From positions 101,680,001 to 101,744,000 of the forward strand of contig OX597817.1 in NCBI GenBank assembly GCA_951406725.2: a stretch of DNA of 64,000 bases, read 5' to 3'. Positions 39,189 through 56,760 of this stretch are shown here, piece by piece. The notes beneath the pieces were generated by a model. That model did no database searches. It was not told the origin of the DNA and was given only the letters and a program-made list of their open reading frames with translations. The stretch comes from Octopus vulgaris. Taxonomy: Eukaryota. The translations under genes and the position numbers were made by a program. The first letter of the stretch is position 1, and each line of letters begins with the position of its first letter.

Positions 39189-39399
39189 TATTCATGCCTT
39201 ACAAGATGAAACAGAGCTATATATTCACCCTTGATCGTTTCATCCTATTCTTTATGTAATCATGATGTATATATTATTGATAGAAGGTGTATCTGAGATA
39301 CGAAATATATGGCTTATTTTGGGCCTGCAAGACGAATAAGAGACTCTTGCTCAATGTTGTAGTCAAATGTAATTTCATAGCACATTCCAGGACTGATCT

Positions 39400-39960
39400 C
39401 TAAATAATCGCCAAGAGACTTGTAGAGTCCTTTGAACTTTGGAACTCAATTAGTTTCAGCATACCAGATGCCCTCTACCAACATGCTCCAGGAGTAGCAA
39501 TGATATAGCCTCCCAATATTTGGAAGGAGGATTCCCCAACTGAAGATCATCGACTATATTGGATACCTTGGAAAAGTCATTTCTCCTTGAGGCTCTTTCG
39601 TTATTTGTCCTTATGGCTCTTTCTGCGCACATCAGCAAGGTCATTGCTTGTGTTATCTCTGATCTTGTGTTCCGCACCGCACCACTAAAATTTCAAACTT
39701 GTGATGGACGCTCAACCTAAAACATCTAGAGCTTCAATATATCCGCGTGAAATCTCTGAAACTATGCTTTTGAATTCCTAGCTGCGCTACACGGGATACA
39801 TCATCTACATAGATATACTCTGACTGATCAATTAGATATTCTATGGAGCACTTTCCAAAAGCCAAGGACGATTTGACCGACGGAAAGTGAAATATAAAGA
39901 CAATATCAAGATAGTTTGAAGAACTTTCCACAACTGAAAGGGAACAAGAGTCCAGTGTTA
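39400..39960 (+). pseudogene. Highly decayed RTE-clade LINE 3' fragment
   Basis: Fragments LYQHAPG, IFYGALSK and KYKDNIK resemble RTE ORF2 C-terminal motifs. Confidence 0.45.
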
Positions 39961-40689
39961 CGCATAAACATAATTGGTATTATGAAGAAAACTCCATATT
40001 CTTCTGAGAAAAACTAGATACTACAGGCTGGCCTTTTCATCCACACATGTTATGACTTCAGCGTATTTCCCATGAATCTCCACAAGGTATGCTCCACAAG
40101 GTTTTGACTTGGTAGTTACATACAGGCTTATGATAGACAATTACACTAAACCAGTGATTCTTAAACTAACAAAAGCCAAGCCCATTGAAAATAGTATTCC
40201 TTGCCTCTTTATTAATGATAAAACAAAATAGATTTTGCATCCCTATAATTATTTTAACTTTGCTATCGTGTTGGACAAGATAAAATCTTTAGAAGCAAAT
40301 TTTTTGTTTTGATAATTTGCCCACCAACTTTCAGTCTTTCTTTCTTTGAGAAACACTACACTAAACGATTTCAACTGATACCGATAGTATGTGATAGAAA
40401 ACCATACAAAATGAGGCAAATTATTGCAGGTGTTGTATTTCGTTATTCTCAAAAATTAATAATTCAGCAAATTATCTGAATGATACGTCAAGTTCTATCA
40501 TTCCGCTACTTCAAGAGGTACCTTCGAAACAATGGACGATTATACTTATTGGACATTTCTTAACATTTTACTAGAAATAATCATACACTGTTATTAGTAG
40601 GAATTCCTGATCTTACTCTATATTTTTCAACATTTTCAGCTGTTTATCCTTTCACTCTCCTTTTCGTATAGGGTTCAATTATCAGAGGT

Positions 40690-41140
40690 ATTCGGTAAGA
40701 TGCTTGCTTCCCAGCCATATGGTTCCAAGTTCACTCCCACTGCGTGACATCATGGACAAGTGTCTTCTGCTATAGTCTTGGGCCGACCAAAGTCTTGTGA
40801 GTGGTTTTGGTAGTCGGAAAGTGAAAGAAGCCTGTCGTGTGTGTGTATGTGTGTGTATGTATGTATGTATGTATGTATGTATGTATGTATGTATGTATGT
40901 ATGTATGTATGTATGTATGCATATGTAGCTATGTGTGTGCGTCTTTGTGTCTGTGCTTGGCTCCTTCACCGCTTGACAACTGGTGTTGGTGTGCTTCTGC
41001 CCCCAAAACTTAACGTTTCGGCAAAAGAGTATCAGGCTTAAGAAACAAAGAAGTGCTGATGTCGATTCATTCGACTAGAAAGTTTCAAGGTAGTGCCCCA
41101 GCATGACTGAAACAAGTAAAAGATAAAAGATAAAAGATAA
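40690..41140 (+). mobile_element. SINE family B with internal (TATG)n
   Basis: Colinear with 17500-17915. Ends tgactgaaacaagtaaaagataaaagataaaaga. Confidence 0.85.
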
Positions 41141-41793
41141 AAGAAAAAACTGTAGCAAATTCTTTGAAACTGGATAGCTTTCTTATATTTTTGTTTCTAT
41201 AATTCGGATAGAAGTCTAATTTATATATTGTGGTGTTCATTTGCAATTTCCCATAACCAAGGGGTGTTAACTCACGATGTTTAACTATGGATTGGTGCAA
41301 GTAGCGTCTGCGACTTGTTTCAACGTTGCGTTTATTACAGGAACATGCATTCGTGTTTCTGGTTGTGCAGTTTTAACTTCAATTAATTCAGGTAATTTAC
41401 ACATTATCAGGGTTCTCTTGAGGTGATACTTCTGTAGATTTATTGGAGACTGCTTCTGATAATTTTCTATAACAGTAGTTCCTTATGAAATGATTATCTA
41501 TCGAAGCAAGTAAAGTTTTTACAATTTTATACTAAAAGTTTCAGGAAATGTGAGAACTAGATAGTGATGTGACGTTTCTACTTAGTATTGGATGACGGAT
41601 TTTAGGGTTATAAGCAATCTTATCTTTGGACACTCTAATTTCTAAGGCTTTATTTTAAAACGAACTACTTTATCCAATATGTCTTTATTTGGTGACAGAA
41701 TACTTGTATCGGAGTTATTGGATAACGTCACTCCTCGGCAACCCTTAAGCACAAACACTCCTCTTTCTCTCTCTCCCTCACTCTCTCTTTCTG

Positions 41794-41857
<64 letters not shown>

Positions 41858-42387
41858 CTTAAACACACACACACCCAACCACACACACAAAGCAGAAATA
41901 TGGTAGGAGAGAAAAATATCCACCCCACCACAGACATATTTCTGCTGTTAAGATACTGTTCGTTGATGCCGGGCAATAATTTTACATCCAACAAACTCCA
42001 CACAAAAGGAGCCTGCACATGTCCACTCAACATAATAGAAATAACAGTCAAATCTCTTACAAATCTTTCTATATATACAAGACGTGAGGCTGTAAATACC
42101 TTTGACAACATGTCTACTCGGTCAGGGCAGCCCTGGGGGCTAAACATCAACAAAAAGCGTCCATATCATGGCTTTCCCAAGGCATAATCGTCCTACACTC
42201 AATACCTTACTGGGAGAAATTGTAATTGCTAAGATAGGACAACAAATCTGGGTTTCAGACTTGGCTCGTCGAAAACATACTACGTGTGCTATAGCGCAGA
42301 GAAATATAGGTCTGTACGTCTGGTCAATCAAGTACTCCATTATCTACTATTTATTAGGTTTTATTACAAAAACAAGTTAACAGACAA

Positions 42388-43145
42388 TTTATACGAGAAT
42401 TAAGAAATTCTTTGAGCGGGAATCCATGACATTATTAAGTAAAGATGTAATGATTATACGTGGACTGAGCTCGCCTTGCGTTATCGTTTGATAGTCAAAA
42501 GGTGATTATTTTCAACTAAAGAACTAGCATCAATTGTATCAAAACCAAAATTCCCTTCAAACCTCATGCTAACACCTTTTAAAAAAGAAAGAAAATGCAC
42601 ATTGGACTGTGAAATCCTTGAGTGACAAGGGAATGAGATGACCATGGGTAAAACGCCTTTCATCTTTTCATCTTAAGTCTGAGGTAAAACAACAGTAGCA
42701 CCTTCATCGGGCAGTCAAGTAAATGGAAAATGTTTAGTCTGTAGTTGTTTCAAGAGCTCTCTTCCCAGAAAGCTGTTGAGGTTTCAGATCAGAATGAAAG
42801 TTTCGAATTAGCATCTACCGCCAGTGCTCGATACTAATTTTCCTCTAACTACACCAGAAATAATAAAAAATATTGATTTGAAACTTGTCATATAGTTTTG
42901 ATTTACGATATTATATTCGTTATATATGATGGCACAATCGACTTCCTTTGCTAAATTCAGTTTTCTTAATTGATGGGAAACTTTCAAACGATAACGCAAG
43001 GCGAGCTCAGTCCACGTATAATCATTACATCTTTACTTAATAATGTCATGGATTCCCGCTCAAAGAATTTCTTAATTCTCGTATAAAAGGAGCCTGCACA
43101 TGTCCACTCAACATAATAGAAATAACAGTCAAATCTCTTACAAAT
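42388..43145. repeat. 104-bp inverted repeat (42388-42491 / 42984-43087) joined to a 61-bp direct copy (43085-43145 matches 42004-42064)
   Basis: Base-by-base visual comparison found no mismatches. Confidence 0.92.
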
Positions 43146-44679
43146 ACCAATACCAGCAGTATGATTGCAACAGTTTGTAGAGTGTTCCCAAACTACTCAT
43201 TATGCTTTAAAATATTTCATCGTAAGCATAAAAGATTCCATAATTATTCTTACAGAAAAAAATTAAATACCTGGATAAAAACATATTTCTAGTTTGTTTT
43301 TGTTTTGTCTTGTTTTTGTTTTATTTTTTGCCAAACAATATCTACTTTCAGGGTCAAAATTGTTAAGTTATTTGATGGATGAAAACAAAAAGATTTCTAA
43401 ATCACATACCAATTTTATCGCAGAAACTGAGAAACGCCTTTTGAAAGTTTCCCATCAAGATAAGTATAAATGTTCGTTTTCATTTGTAATATTCTTTTTT
43501 CAACCACGAGATGTCAAGTGTTAGTCCATAAAATTCTAATTTATACACCCAGTTGTTTAGTTCGGTTTAATTCTCAACAATTTCTAATGTCAAAATTCTG
43601 CTAACGCCTACTATTTATTAATTTCCTACTTTCAAATAGAATTATCACCAATTATATCACCATCCCAAGCTCTTTCCTCTCTCCCTCTCCTAGACCTCCG
43701 TCTCCTCCTCCTCCTCCTCTTCATTATTATTATCGTCATCAGTGCTGGGTATGAAAATATAGGTCTTAAGCAGCAAATATAAGCCTTTAAGATTCAGTTT
43801 TTGTTTGTGTCCCAACTTCCTACTTATCTCTGTCGCCAGCCAACTTAGTTTGGGAACGGCAACAAAACACATCCAGTTGTGACAGCGTTAAAGAATCTGT
43901 AGGGGCCATCGGGCTTGGTTGTTATCTTAGTATTACTGTTTCATTTTCGAACCTATTAATAGTCTGTTCTTAATGTATTTCACATTTTCTGTACTATTTA
44001 TGAACACAATATTCAAGAACTTAATAATATTAGATATGTTTATAAACATAATTTATAAATAAACTTAAATGCACCAAATTACAGAGCTCATGCATAACCT
44101 ATTTCTGTGTTTATGGGACTCCATTTGCGCAGTTCATCATATTCGTTAATGTAAGGCAATATACTCCTTAGTAGATAATTTTAGGGAGCATGACATAGTG
44201 TGAGTTGCTGTTAAATGTACCCCTAATGACGATGAGTCTTTCACATTACTTTCCATCTCATTCATTAGTCATCATACGACAGAGTTTGTGGAGTTGAAGA
44301 ATGATGTTAATTAACACTGCTTATTTCTAAATCTTTCAAGGCTGGTGGGTTTGTAGAATCGTTAGAACGATGGAAAGAATACCCAGCGGCTCTTTAAATT
44401 CTAAGTTGAACTCCTGTCGAGATCTCCTTTGCCTTCCATCCCTCCTGTGTCGATGAAATAAAATGCCAGACAAGTACTGACGCCTACATAATCGATTTTG
44501 CCTTTCCCCATATTATAGACCATCTGCTTGCGTTAGAAATAATTACTGTTACATTACAAATACTTTCCGAATATATTTTGCACTTACCACGCTTTCGGCA
44601 GAAATATCCCTAGGCATATCAAATATTCATTTACATTCCAATTTGTTGTTACTGTCGTTGCTGCTGCTTCCAATGGTAG

Positions 44680-45030
44680 ATGCTAGCAAACTTAATCAAG
44701 TGACTCCAAAAATTTAATTAGTGAAAGAAAAAATAACAATTTGCATTTATGATTAATTCTGGTCAAGAAAACATGGGAAACAACTCAAAAATTTTAGAAA
44801 TTAAAACTCGATGGAGACACGCAATGATAAGTAATTAATTCACACTCAGAATTGTCTTCCCTACCTTTCTGGACCAGAATTAATCTGAGTTAATGGATTT
44901 TCCTTCTCACTATTAGTGGGAATTTAATCAGATTAAATATTTTATGTTAGCAACCACTTAACTATTTTTTCATGCAGAACGCGTAATTTTCTCCTCCATT
45001 CATAACTTATAGTAAATTTAATCCACCGCT
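44680..45030. promoter_or_regulatory. Candidate cis-regulatory module (homeodomain/P3, POU, Nkx and Su(H)-like motifs)
   Basis: TAATCAGATTA 44925-44935, several TTAATC/GATTAA, ATTTGCAT 44739-44746, TCAAGTG 44696, TTCTCAC 44904 and GTGGGAA 44916. Confidence 0.3.
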
Positions 45031-45624
45031 CTACTATTTCTACCAGCAAGTCGATCTTTAAATAAATATTAATAAGCTTGAGCTATGGATTCATGACCTA
45101 CAATGGCTGCTACTGAAGACGAATGTATCCATTTTTGTCAGGGATTTTCATATTTTCCTTTAACTGTTTACGAAAATGTAAGTGGAAAATTTTATCATTA
45201 ATGATTTTGAAATGAGTCCGTTTACTTTTGTTGATCCTGAAAGAAAATCGAATAAATGTAAAAGTATTTCAGTTTATGTGTATATAGCCTTTTGAATGTT
45301 GTTGTATTTAGAGTTAACCAACTAAATAAAAAAAAATGTATGAAAGGAGAAACAGCAGATTCTAACAATTTCACTGAAAATTTACCCACTTTTCATTTTT
45401 TTTTTCAACTTTTGTTTATATGTAAACTTCTAGATTGGTGACATGTAAATTGAAGAGTTATACTTCAACCACTTTAGGAATTTGCTCTCAGAAGCACAAT
45501 AAAAATCATAACTAATCTATTCTCTTCATTCTTGTGTTTTTTTCTTGAATGTAAATGAAAAGCATTTTCTTTTTAAAATTTTCCTTTAAAATTTTTCTTT
45601 AAAAACCGGTAATAGTAATAATGA

Positions 45625-45986
45625 TTTCTAAGTTAAGCACAAAGCCAGCAGTTTTGAGGGAACAGAGTTTGTTGATACCATTGACCCCAGTAATTGACTG
45701 TTACTTTATTGATTCTGGATGAATGAATGGCAAAGTTGAACTAGGATTATTGATTTTGTTGTTGTTAAATCTGGAAGGGGAGAACCAGAAACGTTAGGGT
45801 ATGGGAGAAAATGCTCTGACATAGTTGCAGCCCTTTTCTTTCCGAGTTCAAGTCTCACTTAGGTCAACTTTGTTTTTCATCTTTTAAGGGTCAATAAAAT
45901 AAAGTACCAATCAAGTACTGGGGTCGATGGCATCGTCTAATTCATCGCCTCAAAATCACTAGCCTTGTGCCTAAATCAGAAACGAT

Positions 45987-46043
<57 letters not shown>

Positions 46044-46150
46044 CAGCAGCAGCAGCAGTAGCAGCAGCAGCAGTAGCAACAACAACAACAATAACCACTG
46101 CTAATACAACAGTAGTAGTTTCAGCAGCAGCAGCCGCAGCCGCAGCAGTA
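45625..46150. mobile_element. Inverted pair of family A SINEs (45625-45745 -, 45775-45985 +) with an (AGT/AGC/AAC)n tail
   Basis: The reverse complement of 45631-45745 aligns with 45858-45975. Confidence 0.75.
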
Positions 46151-47479
46151 TCATACGTAATATCAATCAGATATACTCCAGATAGTGGCCGCAGTTCAAC
46201 GTCCTTAAGCAGTTTGCATTTTTTTTTTTATTAAAACATAATAAACAAAACTTGAAATAGATTAAAAACAGCTGTAAAAAACAGACTTGCTATGTTTTCG
46301 TTTCAGAATCATGGCATCTTGAAAAGGAAAGCACACCATAATAATATTCAGATAATTGGCCAGTATATTTTGTTGTTACTATATCCAGGAATATCAGTAT
46401 TCAATAACATTTATTTGGAACTGTTTGAAAAAGGAGATTCTTTTGTTTTGGCCCTAATTTAGGTTGACAGAATATCAGTCTTCTATTCAAACTAAACACT
46501 TATGTGACTAAGGAGGTTTTGCTCTCAGAATCTCTAAAGGCAAGTTAGAATAATGAATCAAAATACAGTAATGGATTGCTTGGCAAAAATTGCCTGCGTA
46601 AACTTCACTAGACATGTTGCTCTTTATTTTTTTAACACTCAACAAAAGATCTGTGATCAAAAACATTTCAGTTATATCAATACTGCCTTTTATACAAGAG
46701 GATTCATTATCCAATGAATCCTCTTTTTTAAAACAATATGCAAGGTTTTGATGGAGATGTGATAGTTACTTTTAGTTGAATGAGTGACTCAATTGCTTGT
46801 TTGATATATAAAAGAATACATTATTAGGGTGGTTACAGAATGACACGTGTTATTAGATACTGGTAGCCTAATGAAGTCATAATAAAGATTTGTTAAAATA
46901 GCACCAGGCCAGAAGTTCCGATGTGAGGTCCACAGATGCTTGAGCAGAAATTAGTAGATGGGTGATAGATAATTTATTGCCTTTGAAAAGGCAGCAAGTG
47001 TCTTGGCGGGTTTTGAACTTAGCGTCTAAAAATACGAAGAGAAATATCTCAAAATGCTTTCGCTACTTCTTTGCGATTCTACTCTTATGGCTTCCTTCAA
47101 GGAGACTCACTTCTGATTGTTGACGATCTCCAGTGTCCATCTATTATAGTTTAACTTCTCTTCTAATCCCTTCAATATAAGCTTTCTGAACCTGGAACAT
47201 CGTATTATTCAACTTCGAGCTCCTCAATAGCCATCCTACTCAATTGCCTGTATAGCTTGCAAACATGCGGTTTGTGTAACTGATTAGTTAAAGTCATACA
47301 CACATTAAGCTGTACTTATTCACTCACCTAACAAGTATTCTATTTAAATACAATTTAAGTGAACTGATGTTGTTTGTTCACATTGACACATTCGAGAAAT
47401 AGTAATCAGACAATAAGGCAGCTGGAACTCCCAGAGTAGGTTTCTCGGGTGCGCACACCCACGCGTATACTCACATTCG

Positions 47480-47700
47480 CAGTTACCGATTTGCATCGAG
47501 TCGAGGAACATCATCCGTTCCTCGAGATCCACACCTCTATCAAACAGCACTGCCACTCCGCTTGACCCATCGAGAAGCATGTGTGTAAATTCCTTGACAA
47601 TACTAGTCTTGCATATGGTTACATCTAAGCCAAGTGACCTGAGATCATTAAGTAAGCAATTCGATTCTAGTCGATTTCAGGTCATGCGCATTTATGCCAC
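47480..47700 (-). pseudogene. L1/Tx1-like AP-endonuclease N-terminal fragment
   Basis: Minus: INAHDLKS..LLNDLRSLGLDV..SGVAVLFDRGVDL..FLD. Confidence 0.45.
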
Positions 47701-49149
47701 AGACTCTCTGTATTGACATCCTGCATACAAAATGGCTCAACAGGGGCCAGTTTTCGGAGTTCTCCAAAAGTCCCTTGTAGTATTGCACAGACCATTTTCA
47801 CATTGAAATTTTCCACGTCATATGGAAATTTTGTATTTGCTAACATCTGGTGTAATCTTCACGAGATATTTTTTTACTTATTTCTGGTAATTACGGTTTT
47901 CTGGAACCTAGTCTACTCCTCTGTTGCTTCATCATTTAAAGACAGTTTGGAAAAATAGAAGAAATTCGAAGATGATGGGGAAAAACTAACCAGTGCATTC
48001 TACTGCCGTGACTTTATACTGGTTTTGATAAATGTTGCACTTGTTGCTCTTGTTACTGCTGTTGTTATTGTTGCTGTCACTGTTGCTTTTATCACTGCTG
48101 CAACCACTTCTATTACAACTCCGTTTACTGTTAATTAAAGCAGTGCAGATCCTTGCTGTCTTTGTTTCTGTACTGGAAAGACATTCAGACAACTCCAATT
48201 AGGCTTAAGAGGTGGTACCTGGGCCTTCTGTCTTCCACAGTTTCATGCAGCTAGATGACTTTTGGGTGGGTGGTCTATTTGGTCGGGAATCTTTCTTAGG
48301 TTTTTAGACTATACCAGGATCATCAATACACCTAGCGATGCTTTCAATGTCTAGTATTGTAACCTCTCTCCTCAGAACATCGCATACCATTACTCATGAA
48401 ATGTTCTATTTTGATCGTACATCTAACACCTTCACTTCTCCTCTTGCCGACCCATATATGTGTAAATGAATGTAAATTCTTCATTTCTGCTTATTTATGT
48501 GTAGGCCTCTGACAGAAAACTTGCATTTAATGCTATACATGGCCTGGTGAGAACAAAGTAATACTTGACCAACATGTATTATCACGCTACTTTTCGCCAA
48601 ACCGTTTTCTCCAGAAACTTTCGGAGTACAGTTAATGTTTTTCTCTCCAATCGAGTCTTTCTGTATTTCTTAGATTTCATTGGTTCTGTTTTTGTGAGAT
48701 CAACTTCATATTTTTGCTGCTCTTGTTCTAGTTATTCCTCATGCTGCTGGTATTGTTGTTGCTATAGCTGCTGGCATAGTTGCTGATGCCGCTGAAGCTT
48801 GTGAGGCTGTTGACTCCAAGGGATGTGGTAGGGGTATCTTTAATGATGCTAATGCTGCATTCGATCATATTTATTCTGTTCGTTCCAGCTTCCATACTTT
48901 CGTTGGCCTAGATTAATGTCTTGACATTACTGATTGTGACGGTAGTGATAGTAATGATGGTGGTGGCAGTGAAGATGCCATTATTGCTGTTGTTGTCGTC
49001 GTTGACATTGTTATTACTGTTGCTGTTGTTGTCGTTGTCGTCGTTATTGTTGTTGTTATTGTTGCTGCTGCTACCATTATTTCTGAAACATTTGTTATTG
49101 CTGTTGCTGCTGCTGTTGCAATGGTCAATGGTAAATAAAGAAAAGAATG

Positions 49150-51240
49150 CATGGTCAATTTCATAGGGATGTTGAAGATAAGACAGAGAAAAAAGATAAC
49201 TGTATATGACTAAAAGGAATTTAAAACCAGAAACGGAGGCTCTAATCTGTGCTGCCCAAGAGCAAGCATTAAGAACGAATTTCATCAAATACAGAATAGA
49301 CAGCACATCAGAAAGTGGTAAGTGCAGAATTTGTGGACAAAATGGTGAAACCATATGGCATATTACCAGTCAATGTACGCCACTAACCCAGAAAGAATAT
49401 AAGAGACGTCATAACCATATAGCAAGGATTCCCAGTGGACATTTTGCAACAAGTAAGGACAGGACAGAGCAAAAAAGTGGTATGAACATAAACCGAAGGC
49501 ATCATCAAAAATGATAATGCAAAGATCTTATGAGATTTTATGATTCAGTGCGACCATGAGATAGAGAATAGGAAACCAGACATAGTCTTAATTGAGAAAG
49601 AAAACAAACGATGCTGGATCATAGATATTGCATGCCCAGCTGACAATAAGATATGCGATAAGGAAGAAAGACAAGTCGATAGATATACGAGGGGCGTTCA
49701 ATAAGTAATGCCCCTGACCCACTTCCCATAGGAGTAGAGCAACGACACTTGGCACAGTTATTAGTCTTTTTTCTACATAGGAACCACCCAGAGTTACGCA
49801 TTTCTCCCATCGTTTGATGCGGCTCTGGAGACCGTTTTTGTAGAAGACCCCAGCTTGGTCCTCCAACCTGAACGTGACTTCAGAAATCAAGGCTGCATCA
49901 TCTGGGAAACGCTTTCCTTTCAAAAACAACTTCATGACTGGGAAGAGGGGAAAATCAGAGGGTGCAAGGTCAGGAAAGTAGGGGGATGGGGGAGGAGTTC
50001 ATAACCGCACGCCTGTGCTTCTGATCTGGCGACAAGCGAGTTGTGGACCGGAGCGTTGTCCTGCAGGAGGAGGATGCCTTTGCTGATCTTGCCCCGCCTC
50101 TTGATTTTGATAACTTCTCTTAATTTCCTCAAAAGTGAAGCATAATAGGCTCCTGTAATTGTGGTACCCTTTGCCAGGAAATCTGTCATCACTACTCCGT
50201 CCTGGTCCCAGAAGACTGTAAGCATGATCTTGCCAGCGGAGGGCTGCACCCTTGCCTTCTTTGAAGGGGGTGAGTCACGGTGCTTCCACTGCATTGACTG
50301 GGCTTTGGTCTCTGGATCATCGTGATGGACTCAGGTTTCATCCTGTGTAATCAGTCTTTTGAAAAATTTTGACTCATCTTCTTGGCACATCTCCAAATTC
50401 ATCCTCGAGCACTCGACGCGTTCTTGCTTCTGGAAAGGTGTGAGCAACCTAGGAATCCATCTGGCAGACACATTTTGCATATGCAAATGGTCATGAATGA
50501 TAGTTTCCACAGACCCGGTACTAATCTTGACCTTATGGGCTATTTGGCGAATAGTTATGCGTTGACCTTCCAAAATGGCAGCCTCAACTTGACGGACAGA
50601 TGCCTCATCAATGGCAGAAGCGGGGCGACCAGATCTGGGAGCTGTTTCGACAGAGTTCCGACCATGTTTGAATTCCCGATACCAGCGTTTTACAAGGTCA
50701 TATGATGGGGCATCATCACCATAAGTTACTTTCATTTCATCAAAAGTCTCCCGTGGTGTGCGCCCTTTCAAATACAAAAACCGGATCACTGCTCGACACT
50801 CAACAGGCTCCATTTCACACTTGACTCAGTTCAAACACCTGTAAATCAGAAACCACAATTAGTTCAGAGCTGTAATTTCCCACTTAATCTATAGAGATAT
50901 GAATAATTACACATGCAAAATTTCAGCTAGATCAAACAACTGCACGTGGGTCAGGGGCATTACTTATTGAACGTCCCTCGTAACATGTTAGTTTGGGAGG
51001 TTAAGCAGTTGGGTCGCTGAAAAAGGTGATAGTAGTACCAATACTTGTTGGAGCCCTGGGAACAGTGAGTAAAAATCTTGAGAAGTACATGGAACAAGTG
51101 GGTGTTGCAATAAGAGTGGAGCATTTACAGAAAACAGCACTGCTTGGAATCACTCGAATACTCCAGATGGTACTCGATAAATAAGGGGTGTTACCTTAGT
51201 TCACTGGTAGTGAACAGCTGACACATACTATATCTCCAGC
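49150..51240 (+). pseudogene. 5'-truncated R4/Dong 3' fragment split by a mariner insertion
   Basis: LKPETEALICAAQEQALRT..CRICGQNGETIWHITSQC..RRH..KPDIV..IDIACP..VDRY|NML..VVPILVGALG..LQKTALLG. The reading resumes across the mariner. Confidence 0.92.
49688..50980 (-). mobile_element. Mariner (DD34D-type) transposon, copy 2, full length (1293 bp) with TA target duplication
   Basis: TA-cgaggggcgttcaataagtaatgcccctgacccac ... gtgggtcaggggcattacttattgaacgtccctcg-TA. Transposase from 50813 with TGA at DET(W) and a -1 frameshift before YFPDLAPSDF. Confidence 0.98.
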
Positions 51241-51259
51241 GTCAGAAGCTGTCCAAAGA

Positions 51260-51470
51260 CATTGGAGCATTGAGTTCAATACCAACCAACCTGTAGAAAC
51301 ATCTGGGAACTTTAAAAATACCCTACAATCTAGGTGTATTGCAAAAGTCGGCATTACTTGGAACTACACGCATATTCGTAAAGTACTATCTGTCTGATGA
51401 CCTTGTTGTGACTTGACAGACAGTACCAATCAACAACATCACGATGTTGGATACTATGTGACGTCTTAAA
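51260..51470 (+). mobile_element. Very short 3' end of another R4/Dong subfamily
   Basis: GALSSIP..LQKSALLGTT..KVLSV*, then a short 3'UTR and TAA repeats. Confidence 0.75.
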
Positions 51471-51478
51471 TAATGATA

Positions 51479-51621
<143 letters not shown>

Positions 51622-52506
51622 GAACACAACTTCTCTATTCACAAATAATACAGAACAGCCCTTCAAAATAAGTTTAAAAATTTACAAATTTACATATCTA
51701 CAGTTTTCAAACATACATTCGATCAGCTTTAAAAACTTTAATACCCAGAATTGCCTCTGTAAACATCCTTTTTTTTTTCTTCTCTCTAAAAACATCACGC
51801 TTTTCTTTTTGTGGACTTACAAAACCTTAAAACTTTCTATGAAAATCTGACTTTTCTTTGCTTCCTCCCTGAATATTCAAATATAAATGTAAACATATAC
51901 TTTTTATTGCAAAAACACACCTGTTCTAACTGGACATACAAACATCTCTAGAAAAGTCAACTTCAACCTCCACAATATTACCTTACACGAAATATGCAAA
52001 CACTTTTTATTGCAATAACACAAACACACATGGGAAAAAAATGATGCTAAGATTCTCTCTGGTCGAACACAACTTCTTTATTCACAAACAATACAGAACA
52101 GCCCTTCCTTAATTTTTCTTAAGGCTAGTAGGAGTAGACATTTGAACTTTTTTTGACCGATATAAAATATATATATATATCACAGATGATGATGGTGCTG
52201 ATGGTGATGGTGATGATGGTGATGATGATAATAATGATAGTAATAGTGCTGATGATCTATCTATCTATCTACACACGCGTACACACACACACACACTCAC
52301 AGAGTTCAGCCAACACAAACCTCACATCGGCTCTTTAGATGTTAACCAAATATGAAAGTATTATTTGACAGGCAAGAATTCTGGCGTTGATGACAACCAG
52401 CCAGCCAACGAGAGAGACAATCAGACACTACTGTGATGTTGATAATGATAAAAACAAAAATAACAATAATAAGATACTGCTGTGACTACACATAAAACAA
52501 TATCAT

Positions 52507-52553
<47 letters not shown>

Positions 52554-52644
52554 GTGATGGTGATGGTGATGATGAAAATGATGATAGTAATAGTGGTGAT
52601 AATGATAATAGTGATAATAATGGTGATGATAATAACAATAATAA

Positions 52645-56759
<4,115 letters not shown>

Positions 56760-56760
<1 letters not shown>

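Noticed and set aside
41900-42380. Minus-strand ORFs containing YRPIFL as an RT or host-gene fragment
   Set aside because: A single weak motif, with no other RT motif in register.
48200-48700. An additional minus-strand Dong remnant
   Set aside because: Only vague similarity, with no diagnostic motif readable.
50331-50333. A-to-I editing rescuing the mariner UGA to Trp (or the Dong UAA at 54111)
   Set aside because: Chemically possible in a cephalopod, but each element has a second frameshift lesion and nothing indicates selection. Ordinary decay is simpler.
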